From: Candidatus Omnitrophota bacterium
GTDB taxonomy: Bacteria > Omnitrophota > Gorgyraeia > Zapsychrales > Fredricksoniimonadaceae
Reading direction: 5' to 3'
Assembly (NCBI GenBank): GCA_030650275.1
Contig: JAUSEK010000023.1
Span: forward strand, 107,581 to 171,580
DNA: 64,000 nt
Made by a program: the position numbers and the translations under genes. The notes under the pieces are model-generated. The model was not told the DNA's origin, did not search any database, and saw nothing but the letters and a program-made list of their open reading frames with translations. Shown piece by piece: positions 54,529 to 63,883 of the stretch (positions are counted from its first letter, which is position 1; the number at the start of each line of letters is the position of its first letter).

Positions 54529-55341
54529 GTGTTGGCTAATAAAACTATCGGCCTTATAGCTGGGAACAGGCAGTTCCCTTTTTTATTTGCCCGGGCCGCC
54601 AAAGACCAGGGTTACAAGGTCGTGGCCGCGGGGGTTTGGGGGGACACCTCCCCGCTATTGGCCGCGTTCGCCGACGATTTCCGGTATTTTTACGTCGGAC
54701 AGATGAAAAAGATGATCGCGTATTTTAAGGACAAGGGGGTCACGCAGGTCATCATGGCCGGACAGGTCAACCCCGATCATCTTTTCGATCCCCGTCTTGC
54801 CCTTGACGAAGAATTCGCTTCCCTGGAGGGATCCCTCAAAGACCGCAAGGCCGACACCATTTTTTCCGCCGTTGCCGGCAGATTGGGCGAACACGGCATG
54901 GCCTTGCTGGATTCAACATTCCTGCTCAAGAAATACCTGGCCCCCAAAGGCACATTGACCCACCGCGGTCCGACGCTGGCGGAACTGGCGGACATGGAAT
55001 TCGGCTTCACCATCGCCAAACTCATGGGCGGCATCGACGTCGGGCAGACGGTCGTGGTCAAGGAAAAGGCCATTGTCGCCATCGAGGCCATGGAAGGCAC
55101 GGACAATGCCATCGCACGCGGCGGCGCCATCGCGCGCGGCGGGGCCGTGGTGGTCAAGACCGCCAAACCCGCCCAGGACAACCGTTTTGATGTTCCTGTT
55201 GTGGGCCCGCAGACCATCCGCGTCATGGCCCGCGTCAAAGCCGCCTGCTTGAGCATTGAAGCCGGTAAGACCCTTCTCATTGACCGCGAAGCAACCGTCC
55301 GTCTGGCCGACCGTCACGGGATCTGCATCGTCGCTGCCTAG
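54529..55341 (+). CDS. lpxI: UDP-2,3-diacylglucosamine hydrolase LpxI (DUF1009 family), GTG start
   Basis: An AAGGAGG Shine-Dalgarno lies 4 nt upstream. It has the conserved N-terminus ...IGLIAGNRQFP... and the Lpx cluster context. Confidence 0.7.
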   Translation: MLANKTIGLIAGNRQFPFLFARAAKDQGYKVVAAGVWGDTSPLLAAFADDFRYFYVGQMKKMIAYFKDKGVTQVIMAGQVNPDHLFDPRLALDEEFASLEGSLKDRKADTIFSAVAGRLGEHGMALLDSTFLLKKYLAPKGTLTHRGPTLAELADMEFGFTIAKLMGGIDVGQTVVVKEKAIVAIEAMEGTDNAIARGGAIARGGAVVVKTAKPAQDNRFDVPVVGPQTIRVMARVKAACLSIEAGKTLLIDREATVRLADRHGICIVAA

Positions 55342-55408
55342 AAAACGCTTTCCCGAAAACCCCTCCAGGGCTTGTTTTAGGTGTATTTATATTCCATACT
55401 TGTAGTAT

Positions 55409-58400
55409 ATGAAATACCCCGTATTCCGTCGTTTAACCTGCGCTTTGGTCATTATTACCTTTACGGCAACGATGACCCCAGCTTTGCACGCACAGGAAAT
55501 TTCGCTTCCTCAGCCCGGCGTCCGCGTATCCTTAAGCCCCGCCTTTAACCCCCCAGTCCTCAAAGGCCTCAAGGTCCATTCCGATAATCCGTTTCGTTTT
55601 GATTTTATCCTTGATCAAGGTGATTCCCTCCCCCTTGTGGGGAGGGCCAGGGAGGGGGACAAACAAGAACAACTCAAACAAGAAGCCAACAAACTCATCA
55701 AATACTTCCTCGCCTCTCTGACCGTGCCAGAGAAAGACCTCTGGGTCAACCTCTCTCCCTATGAGAAAGACCGTATCGTCCCCACATCTTTCGGTCAAAC
55801 CGAGATGGGAAGGGATCTTCTGGCCCAGGACTATCTGCTTAAGCAAATAACCGCATCTCTGATCTATCCAGAGGATGAATTGGGTAAGACCTTCTGGAAC
55901 AGGATCTACCAAGAAGCATCCAGGAGATACCATACAACCAACATCCCGGTCAATACATTCAACAAGGTATGGATCGTACCCGAGAAAGCCGTAGTGTACG
56001 AGAACGCGCAGGCGGGAACGGCTTACGTTGTCGAATCCAGATTGAAGGTGATGCTAGAAGAAGATTATTTGGCATTATCCAAAAATACCGTAGGGGCGCA
56101 ATTTATTGCGCCCGATAAGGGTTCGATGAATCGAACCCCTACGGATGTTAATTCGTTGGGTTCCCAGATTATCCGTGAGATCGTCATCCCCGCCTTAACC
56201 AAGGAAATCAACGAAGGAAAGAACTTCGCCCAACTCCGTCAGGTCTACAATTCTCTGATCCTTGCCACCTGGTACAAGAAGAAGATCAAGGATAGTATTC
56301 TCAATAAAGTTTATTCCGATAGGAATAAAGTTTTAGGCATTGGTTACGATACGCCAACCAGGGGACATGTTGCTGGCACCGCCAGTGCCAGTAACGTGTC
56401 CCCAAGCACGCTGCCAAGCGACCCAGGGTTGAATGCGAAAGCACCCCAGGGAAACCCGCCCAACGATGTCGAAGCCATCTACCAGCAATACCTCACCGCC
56501 TTCAAGAAAGGCGTCTACAACTACATCAAAGAAGAACAAGATCCCATCACCCAACAGATTATCCCGAGGAAATATTTTTCGGGTGGTGTTAAATGGGGCA
56601 TGGCAATGCTTCAAACAACAACAGATCAGGCCATGCTCCCGCAAGTAGTTTCCGATCATGCCGCTATTGTTCAGACAAATTTAAATCCAGCCGACCGTGC
56701 GATATTCAGTAATATCACCAGTAGGGCTGATTCAGCAGCTGCTAGCCGAAGAATTCTATCGTTTAATCAAGCTAAAATGGCATTTGCCGACTTCTTGCTA
56801 GGCAGAGATGGAAAAAGCAAACAAATTGTTGATTTGCCAAGACTAGTGGATAGCCTCAATGCAATGAATAAACCTACAAGAGAAAAATTCCTAGAGTGGA
56901 CTGTGAATATGGATGATAATTGGTATCAGTATGGTTTATCCAATCATAGTAAAGCTAAATATCGTTCGCTGGCATTATTGTTAATGGAAATGGAAAGCCA
57001 TAACCGAAATGCTCCGGCTATGAAACTTTGGAATTTTCTTTCCCAACGGTTTGGAGCGTCTCGTTTTCACACAGAACAATGGGTATCTTGGCAACCTGCA
57101 ATTGACCAAAATCTGTTAAAGGATGTATTACGCATTGCGAAACGATATGGGCTGCGCGCTCATGGGACATTGAATTTTAACATGTTCGGGATCAATAAAT
57201 ATTCTGCTCTCAACGGTTTCTTTCAGAATGAATGGGGAATGCTTAATATCATGATCGATGGGAATCTGTCTCGGGGAAGCATTGGCCCTTTAGCGCCTGT
57301 TGAAGATGAAGGGAATCCGAATGTCGCGGCAGCATTATATGGCCCTTTTTATATTATTGTTGATAAACGTCAAGATGAAGTGCTGCCTGAGAGGCGTTTG
57401 AATGAGCATGACAGAGTTTCTCGAAAGGATCAGTTGATTTATCTTGTCCCAAGCGAAAAAGAAGTACTTTTTTTCAGTGAAGGTATTCGTGAAGCTTTGC
57501 ATTTGGGCCTCATTGATCAGGGAATCGCTGACGAGGTATTATCAAAACTTATGACGTATGGACAGTTCGTGATTAATCAAGCCGCATTGGCTAATCTTGA
57601 AACTCCCGGTGGCATCGACTTCAAATCTGATAAAGTGGACAGCGCCCAATTAAGCCAAGACCGGGCGATGATGACCAGACGAAATTTTCTGTCTTCGTCG
57701 GTTGCGGCAGGTATTGGACTGGTATTACCAAATGCCACCCTTGGGCAATCACTCGCAGGCTTTGGCAGGACGCCTATACCTGATAAACCAGATCAGGTCC
57801 AAGTACGATCTATTACAGGTTTTGAAACCCATGGCAATCGATACAATCTCACTTTTGAGGGGTTTAATCATAATCAGGGCGTAATAAAATCGGCGGGGCG
57901 GCAAGCGCGGGAAGTGGGTCATTTTAATTTCTTTATTTATCCCAATGGGGGATCGATACTAAGGATTGTCGGAGAATTCCCGGGGATCAATGAATCCGCG
58001 CACTTCTTTTCAGTTAACCGGGATCGGGATAAGATCAATTATATAGGCTCCACCGATAACTCTGCAGCGTTAGGGGATATTGCTTTAAACGAAGGGTTAT
58101 GGGTGCTTCTCGGTGAGTATTTAACGACAGGTTCTTTGCCTTCGGAATTTGACCAACAATTTAATATTTTATTTCCTCGTTGGGCGCCACTGAATTCTTT
58201 GACCGATCGATCGCCGTTTAATTTCTCAACAGGGCTCGTTAATGTTTTATCTCCGCGTTTTGTTCCTCCGGATGATAAAACGCTTTTGCTCGTCGGGCAG
58301 CAGCGAGACATCATTGAGGGTTATGTTCGCGCTGTTGGAGTGCCCGGTGGGTTTATGTCCTATACATCCATTAAACATTTGGAGGGATTAACCACGTTGG

Positions 58401-60343
58401 ATGATTACGGCGGCGGAATTCAAGATGCGCAGGACCTGGTTGATCTGTATCCGAATACCGTCTTACAACTTGGTTTGTACATGGTGGATGAATTGAATAA
58501 TGTAAATAGCGGTATATACGATGCGAATATTCGAAAGTTGGGGGAGTGGATCAAGCAAACAAGGCGTCCGGTGTATTTGCGCATTGGCTATGAATTTGAT
58601 TTGCCCGACAATAAGTATAAGCCGCAAGAATATATAAAGGCCTATCAAAAGATCGTCGACATATTGAGACAGCAAAAGGTAACGAATGTATCGTTTGTAT
58701 GGCATTCTGCAGTTTATCCGAGCCAAGAAAAATCTGCGCAGGACTGGTATCCGGGGGATGAATATGTTGATTGGGTCGCGATGACCCGTATGGATCCTTC
58801 ACAAGATTTACAAGGGACTCGGTTAGCTCAGTGGGCCAGAGGGCACAACAAACCTTTTATGATCGCGGAGGCATCTCCGATGGGTCGGAAGACTACGGAG
58901 GAAAAGAAAGTATGGTTCGACACTCTTTTGCCATTTATCAGACAAAACAATATCAAGGCCCTTGGGTATATCAACAGTAATTGGGATGCATTGGGTTTAT
59001 TTTGGGATAGGGGCTGGGGGGACCAGCAAGTGCAGAATGATCCGGCAATTCGTCAATTGTGGATGGACAGAGTCATCCAGGATGGTTCTTATTTGCAATC
59101 GTCAGCAGATCTATTCAGGCAATACCTCAATTTTAACCCAAGCCTTGACCGGGCGATGGCGGCCGCAGATCAGGCTGGGCCGGACGCGGCGATGAAGGTG
59201 ACGCGGCGTACTCTTTTGAGAGGCGCGGGCGCTACGGTGGCGGTGAGGGTATTGGAGGGGGCGTTTGGCAGCCTTGCACTGCAGGCAAGCGGGAACACCA
59301 ACGCTCCCGACAAGAATAGTGTTCTGGCGATGTCTTGGGATATCCTTGATAAGACGGCACTTCGGATGAATTTACCGAAAGCATTGCTTGAGAACATCAA
59401 GGCCGCGCTTCTGGAAGAGGCCACTAAAATATACTCAGAATACAAAGACACGCTTCCTCCAAGAGTACGCTCGATCCTCGGGGATGATTTTAGAAAGCCG
59501 GTTCCTTTTTACGCGCGGTGGCTTGTCAGCAGGTTTATCAAGAATGAGATCGAGCCAAGGATAAAATATCTCAGTAAATACACCGCCTTTCTTGACCCGG
59601 ATGAAGTGGGTATCTTAGATTCTGAGCCGGATTTGGTGAAATATTTCGTTAAAAGAACCGTGAGGTTATACGCTGAAAGAGGTCCGGATTGGATGACCGA
59701 GGAAGAAGCGGCTAAAAGCGTGATCGGTCTGTTTGCTTACTTGATCAAAGAAAGTAATGGCAAGTTTCCTCTTTCGCAGGAGGAAATTGGCAATTATTAT
59801 TATTTATTAAAGAGGGATAAACTCAATACCCTTACAGATTTCGATTTAAAGAATGTAAGGTTGGTGGAGGGTTATCGCGAAAGATTAAAGAAATATTACC
59901 GGATAAAATTTGCTCCGAATGAATTGCGTTGGGATATACAAAGTCAGAGAGGGGAAAGAGAGATTGTTCGGGTGGAATATCTACCGACCCATGATAATGT
60001 GCAAGTTATTGGATATGGTCTTGAAGAGTATAGTAAAATGGATCGTCGAGTGATCGCACTTTTGAGGTTGCGTGTTTATTTATCGGAGAAAAACGGGGGC
60101 GACCATCCGCAGACATCCACAGGCGGTATTGATTTCAATGCCGACAAGGTGGACAGCGCTTTTGCGGTGAAAAATAGCGGCGGCGCGATCAAATTTAACA
60201 TCGACCCCGCCATGCTCCAGCAATTACAGGATTCCCCCGGTTTCGTGCCCGTGATCATCAACGTCAGTCCGCTCAAAGACCTGCCTGCATTTTTGGGATC
60301 AAACGACCCTGTTCCAGTGTCTTCCAAAGCCGCTGCCCTTTAG
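55409..60343 (+). CDS. Large mosaic secreted protein (1644 aa), paralog B: paralog-A-like N-terminal unit + Tat-signal/GH26-like unit + Tat-signal/unknown unit with C-terminal GGIDFNADKVDSAF...PGFVPVIIN module
   Basis: It has a Sec signal peptide and a ~440-aa N-terminal domain homologous to 35107..38097. Internal twin-arginine signal-like segments start at 57668 (MMTRRNFLSS...) and 59204 (MKVTRRTLLRGAGATVAV...). GH26-like motifs (VYLRIGYEFD, WYPGDEYVDWV) are present. Confidence 0.65.
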   Translation: MKYPVFRRLTCALVIITFTATMTPALHAQEISLPQPGVRVSLSPAFNPPVLKGLKVHSDNPFRFDFILDQGDSLPLVGRAREGDKQEQLKQEANKLIKYFLASLTVPEKDLWVNLSPYEKDRIVPTSFGQTEMGRDLLAQDYLLKQITASLIYPEDELGKTFWNRIYQEASRRYHTTNIPVNTFNKVWIVPEKAVVYENAQAGTAYVVESRLKVMLEEDYLALSKNTVGAQFIAPDKGSMNRTPTDVNSLGSQIIREIVIPALTKEINEGKNFAQLRQVYNSLILATWYKKKIKDSILNKVYSDRNKVLGIGYDTPTRGHVAGTASASNVSPSTLPSDPGLNAKAPQGNPPNDVEAIYQQYLTAFKKGVYNYIKEEQDPITQQIIPRKYFSGGVKWGMAMLQTTTDQAMLPQVVSDHAAIVQTNLNPADRAIFSNITSRADSAAASRRILSFNQAKMAFADFLLGRDGKSKQIVDLPRLVDSLNAMNKPTREKFLEWTVNMDDNWYQYGLSNHSKAKYRSLALLLMEMESHNRNAPAMKLWNFLSQRFGASRFHTEQWVSWQPAIDQNLLKDVLRIAKRYGLRAHGTLNFNMFGINKYSALNGFFQNEWGMLNIMIDGNLSRGSIGPLAPVEDEGNPNVAAALYGPFYIIVDKRQDEVLPERRLNEHDRVSRKDQLIYLVPSEKEVLFFSEGIREALHLGLIDQGIADEVLSKLMTYGQFVINQAALANLETPGGIDFKSDKVDSAQLSQDRAMMTRRNFLSSSVAAGIGLVLPNATLGQSLAGFGRTPIPDKPDQVQVRSITGFETHGNRYNLTFEGFNHNQGVIKSAGRQAREVGHFNFFIYPNGGSILRIVGEFPGINESAHFFSVNRDRDKINYIGSTDNSAALGDIALNEGLWVLLGEYLTTGSLPSEFDQQFNILFPRWAPLNSLTDRSPFNFSTGLVNVLSPRFVPPDDKTLLLVGQQRDIIEGYVRAVGVPGGFMSYTSIKHLEGLTTLDDYGGGIQDAQDLVDLYPNTVLQLGLYMVDELNNVNSGIYDANIRKLGEWIKQTRRPVYLRIGYEFDLPDNKYKPQEYIKAYQKIVDILRQQKVTNVSFVWHSAVYPSQEKSAQDWYPGDEYVDWVAMTRMDPSQDLQGTRLAQWARGHNKPFMIAEASPMGRKTTEEKKVWFDTLLPFIRQNNIKALGYINSNWDALGLFWDRGWGDQQVQNDPAIRQLWMDRVIQDGSYLQSSADLFRQYLNFNPSLDRAMAAADQAGPDAAMKVTRRTLLRGAGATVAVRVLEGAFGSLALQASGNTNAPDKNSVLAMSWDILDKTALRMNLPKALLENIKAALLEEATKIYSEYKDTLPPRVRSILGDDFRKPVPFYARWLVSRFIKNEIEPRIKYLSKYTAFLDPDEVGILDSEPDLVKYFVKRTVRLYAERGPDWMTEEEAAKSVIGLFAYLIKESNGKFPLSQEEIGNYYYLLKRDKLNTLTDFDLKNVRLVEGYRERLKKYYRIKFAPNELRWDIQSQRGEREIVRVEYLPTHDNVQVIGYGLEEYSKMDRRVIALLRLRVYLSEKNGGDHPQTSTGGIDFNADKVDSAFAVKNSGGAIKFNIDPAMLQQLQDSPGFVPVIINVSPLKDLPAFLGSNDPVPVSSKAAAL

Positions 60344-60511
60344 GTGAGAAATTAATACCTAATCCACATTTGGATTTACTAAACGAAATTCTACTTGCAC
60401 ATAGACAGGCAGGCGAAATTTATAGATTTAAGGTTTTTCTTGCGTCATTTCAATGCGCGTGGTATCTTTAATTGTACAATTGTATATTATTAATGGACGG
60501 CAGGAGGGGTC

Positions 60512-60910
60512 ATGCGTTCGATCGTCGTTGATACTTCGGTTGTTTTGGCCGTTGCTTTGGGGGAACCAGAGAAGTTGAAGCTGGTTCGGATGACCAAAGG
60601 CGTTGCTTTATTGACCCCTGCTTCAATGAAATGGGAAATAGGTAACGCGCTTTCTGTTATGTTTAAGAAGAAACGGATCACGCTCAATGAAGCAAAGAAA
60701 GTTTGGGGCATTTGTATGGATATTCCGCTGCAATATGTGGATGTCGACCCTGTCAGGTCCCTTGAAATAGCTTTTGAGGGTGATCTGTATGCCTATGACG
60801 CGTATATGATCGCGTGCTGCCTTGAACGCAAGGCGCCATTATTAACGTTGGATCAGGTTTTATCGAAAAAGGCCGGGCTTTTTAACGTGTCCATGGAGGT
60901 TGTCATATGA
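60512..60910 (+). CDS. vapC: PIN-domain ribonuclease toxin (VapC-like)
   Basis: It starts MRSIVVDTSVV... with the conserved acidic residues of the PIN fold. It is 132 aa. Confidence 0.7.
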   Translation: MRSIVVDTSVVLAVALGEPEKLKLVRMTKGVALLTPASMKWEIGNALSVMFKKKRITLNEAKKVWGICMDIPLQYVDVDPVRSLEIAFEGDLYAYDAYMIACCLERKAPLLTLDQVLSKKAGLFNVSMEVVI

Positions 60911-61128
60911 AAATTTTTACCTATTCTCAATTTCGTCAAAAACTTGCCACCATTCTTGACTTAGCGCGCAGGGAAGGGCGGGTCATGATCAAACGCAAGG
61001 ATGGCTCCTTGTTTAATTTGTCCCCCGCAAGGCGCAACAACGGATCGCCTCTGGATGTGCGTTCGCTTAAAACAAAAGTCACGACCGTTGATATTATCAA
61101 CAGTGTCCGTGAAAGCCGTCAGCAGTAA
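60907..61128 (+). CDS. Phd/YefM-like antitoxin, encoded downstream of the toxin (reversed order)
   Basis: 73 aa. Its start overlaps the PIN stop as ATGA. The N-terminus MKIFTYSQFRQKLATILD... is typical of Phd/YefM. Confidence 0.45.
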   Translation: MKIFTYSQFRQKLATILDLARREGRVMIKRKDGSLFNLSPARRNNGSPLDVRSLKTKVTTVDIINSVRESRQQ

Positions 61129-61163
61129 CCCCTGAAAATCTCTCCTTTGCGCTGAAAACCCCT

Positions 61164-61192
61164 TTGACACTCCCGTTGTATTTCTATATAAT
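61164..61192 (+). promoter_or_regulatory. Exact consensus promoter TTGACA-17-TATAAT upstream of lysS
   Basis: Read directly from the sequence. Confidence 0.5.
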
Positions 61193-61239
61193 AAAATATC
61201 TTAGAACATAGTTACTTATAAATAATTTAAGATGGAAAG

Positions 61240-62682
61240 ATGGTTTTTATGGCGGCTGACGAGACGAGGATCAATAAACTTAAAACATTGCGGCAAAAGG
61301 GGTTAGACCCCTATGGCCAGCGTTTCATACGCTCCCACGCGGTGGCGGATATCCTTAAGGATTTTAAAGAAGGCCTGAAGGTGATCACGGCCGGGCGCAT
61401 TACAGCCCACCGCGATCAGGGCAAGGTCCATTTCATGGACCTGACCGACCAAAGCGGAAAAATACAACTGTTTGTTAAGGCGGACAATCTTAGCCTCGAA
61501 GCCGCGGAATTGTTAAAAGCCCTGGACATCGGCGACATCATCGGCGTTCAAGGGGAAACATTCACAACCAAGACCGGCCAGAACAGCATCCGCGTTTTGA
61601 AGTATGACGTGCTGGCCAAGTCCTTGCGGAGTTTGCCGGAAAAATGGCATGGCTTGAAGGACGTGGACATCCGCTACCGCCAGCGTTATGTGGACCTGAT
61701 CGCCAACCCCGAAGTGCGCGACGTGTTCATCAAACGCAGCCGTATCGTGTCCTTGATCCGCAGCTTTCTCGACGGGCGGGGATTTCTGGAAGTGGAAACG
61801 CCGATCTTGCAGCCCATGGCCGGGGGGGCCCGCGGCAAGCCGTTCAAGTCCAGGCACAATACTTTGGACATGGATGTTTATCTTCGCATCGCGCCCGAAC
61901 TGTATCTCAAGCGTTTGCTGGTGGGCGGCATGGAAAAAGTGTACGAGATGAACCGCAATTTCCGCAATGAAGGCATTTCAACGCGGCATAATCCGGAATT
62001 CACCATGCTGGAGGTGTATCAGGCCTACGGGAATTTTGAGGACATGATGACATTGACCGAGGAGATGATCGCTTCCATCGTGAAGACGCTCAATGGTTCG
62101 TACAAGATCAAATATCAGGGGCAGGACATTGATTTCACGCCGCCGTGGCCGCGCCGTTCTTTCGCCCAGGTGGTCAAGGAGCGTTTTGACATCAACCCCC
62201 AGGACAGCGCCCAGGTCATGCTGGACAAGGTCAGGGCCAAACGTGGGGGGCATGCGAAGGTGGACCGTTTGACCCGCTCGGCGGTCATGAAGATCGTGGA
62301 AGAGGTCCTCGACGAGAAAGCTACGCCCAACCCGGTCTTTATGCTGGATTATTTTACGTTCCTCTCGCCCTTGGCCAAGGCCAAGCCGGATGACCCGGCC
62401 GTGGCCCAGCGTTTTGAATTTTTCATCGCGGGGCTTGAAGTGGGCAACGCCTATTCCGAGCTCAATGACCCGCAGGAACAGCGCCGTCGCCTGGAGGCGG
62501 ACCTGGACGACGATGAAACAGGCAACCGCGTCATTGACGAGGATTTTGTTACGGCCCTGGAATACGGCATGCCGCCCGCGGGCGGCCTGGGGGTCGGCAT
62601 TGACCGGCTCGTCATGATCTTGACGGATTCTCCGTCGATCCGTGATGTGATCTTGTTCCCATTGTTGAAACCGGAGCAATAA
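61240..62682 (+). CDS. lysS: Lysine–tRNA ligase (class II; alternative start at 61249)
   Basis: It has an N-terminal OB anticodon-binding domain and class II motifs 1-3 (…FRNEGIS..HNPEFT.LE.Y…, …GGLGVGIDRLVM…). Confidence 0.95.
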   Translation: MVFMAADETRINKLKTLRQKGLDPYGQRFIRSHAVADILKDFKEGLKVITAGRITAHRDQGKVHFMDLTDQSGKIQLFVKADNLSLEAAELLKALDIGDIIGVQGETFTTKTGQNSIRVLKYDVLAKSLRSLPEKWHGLKDVDIRYRQRYVDLIANPEVRDVFIKRSRIVSLIRSFLDGRGFLEVETPILQPMAGGARGKPFKSRHNTLDMDVYLRIAPELYLKRLLVGGMEKVYEMNRNFRNEGISTRHNPEFTMLEVYQAYGNFEDMMTLTEEMIASIVKTLNGSYKIKYQGQDIDFTPPWPRRSFAQVVKERFDINPQDSAQVMLDKVRAKRGGHAKVDRLTRSAVMKIVEEVLDEKATPNPVFMLDYFTFLSPLAKAKPDDPAVAQRFEFFIAGLEVGNAYSELNDPQEQRRRLEADLDDDETGNRVIDEDFVTALEYGMPPAGGLGVGIDRLVMILTDSPSIRDVILFPLLKPEQ

Positions 62683-62685
62683 TTT

Positions 62686-63882
62686 ATGGGATTCGCGAGC
62701 TGGATGGCCTACAGGTATTTGACGGCCAGGAAGGACAAATTCCTTTCGGTCATCAATGGTGTCGCCATTGCCGGCATCGCCATCGGCGTGGCGGCGCTGA
62801 TCGTCGTCATCGGGGTCATGAGCGGTTTTGATCATGAACTGCGCGAAAAGATCATCGGCGCCAATGCCCACGTTCTGGTGGAGCGCGAAACCGGCCTTGA
62901 ACAATATGCGGCCCTGCAGGACAAACTGAAAGTTTTGCCCGGGGTCATGGCCGCCACACCGTACATCCACGGCAATGTATTTCTGGAAAGCGGCCGCAAG
63001 GCCGCGAGTTTGATCCTGCGCGGGGTGGAACCCAAAAGTGAGGGCTCCGTGACCAAGATCGACCAATATCTGGCCCAGGGGGCCATCAAAGACCTGAAGC
63101 CCGATGAAGCCGTCATCGGCAGTCAAATAGCGTCGTTTTATGGTTTGCGCGTCGGAGATGATATGACCATCATCGCCCCGGCGTCCGGCATGGCCGGTGC
63201 CCCGTGGCGGTATCATTTTAAGGTGGCCGGCACTTTCACGTCGGGCATGTATGACTACGACATGAACCTGGTGCTGGTGGATCTGCGCAAAGCCCAGGAG
63301 ATCTTCCATACCGGGCCGGATACGGTGACCGGGATCGGGCTGAAGTTGCGCGATCCGCAAGCCGCCGGGGCCCTCAAGAAGAACATTTATGATCTGGCGG
63401 GATTCAGTTTTTCCGTGCGCACGTGGATGGAGAGCAATTCTAATTTCTTCGCGGCGCTGCAATTAGAGAAATTCGCGATGTTCATCATCCTCATCCTCAT
63501 CGTCCTGGTGGCATCGTTCAATATCATCAGCACCCTGATCGTGACCGTAACGGGCAAGGTCAGGGACATCGGCATCCTCAAGGCCATCGGCGCCTCTAAA
63601 GGCACGGTGGGCCGTTTGTTCATGTGGCAGGGATTGGCCGTGGGGATGCTGGGCACGTTTTGGGGTTTTACCGGCGGGGTGGGCTTGAGTTTGCTCTTGA
63701 AGAAATACCAGTTCATCCGCCTGCCACAGGACATTTATTACATTGACCATTTGCCGGTTTTAGTGCAGGCCTCCGACGTAGCGGTCATTGTCGCCGCGGC
63801 GATGCTGATCACTTATGCGGCCACAGTTTATCCGGCGATGAAGGCGGCTGATCTGGAGCCGGTGGAGGCCTTACGGTATTGA
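62686..63882 (+). CDS. lolC: Lipoprotein-releasing system permease LolC/LolE
   Basis: It has MacB-like periplasmic and FtsX domains with four TM helices. Confidence 0.85.
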   Translation: MGFASWMAYRYLTARKDKFLSVINGVAIAGIAIGVAALIVVIGVMSGFDHELREKIIGANAHVLVERETGLEQYAALQDKLKVLPGVMAATPYIHGNVFLESGRKAASLILRGVEPKSEGSVTKIDQYLAQGAIKDLKPDEAVIGSQIASFYGLRVGDDMTIIAPASGMAGAPWRYHFKVAGTFTSGMYDYDMNLVLVDLRKAQEIFHTGPDTVTGIGLKLRDPQAAGALKKNIYDLAGFSFSVRTWMESNSNFFAALQLEKFAMFIILILIVLVASFNIISTLIVTVTGKVRDIGILKAIGASKGTVGRLFMWQGLAVGMLGTFWGFTGGVGLSLLLKKYQFIRLPQDIYYIDHLPVLVQASDVAVIVAAAMLITYAATVYPAMKAADLEPVEALRY

Positions 63883-63883
63883 T

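Noticed and set aside
61978-63462. 494-aa minus-strand ORF
   Set aside because: It is antisense to lysS and lolC, which are both unambiguous.
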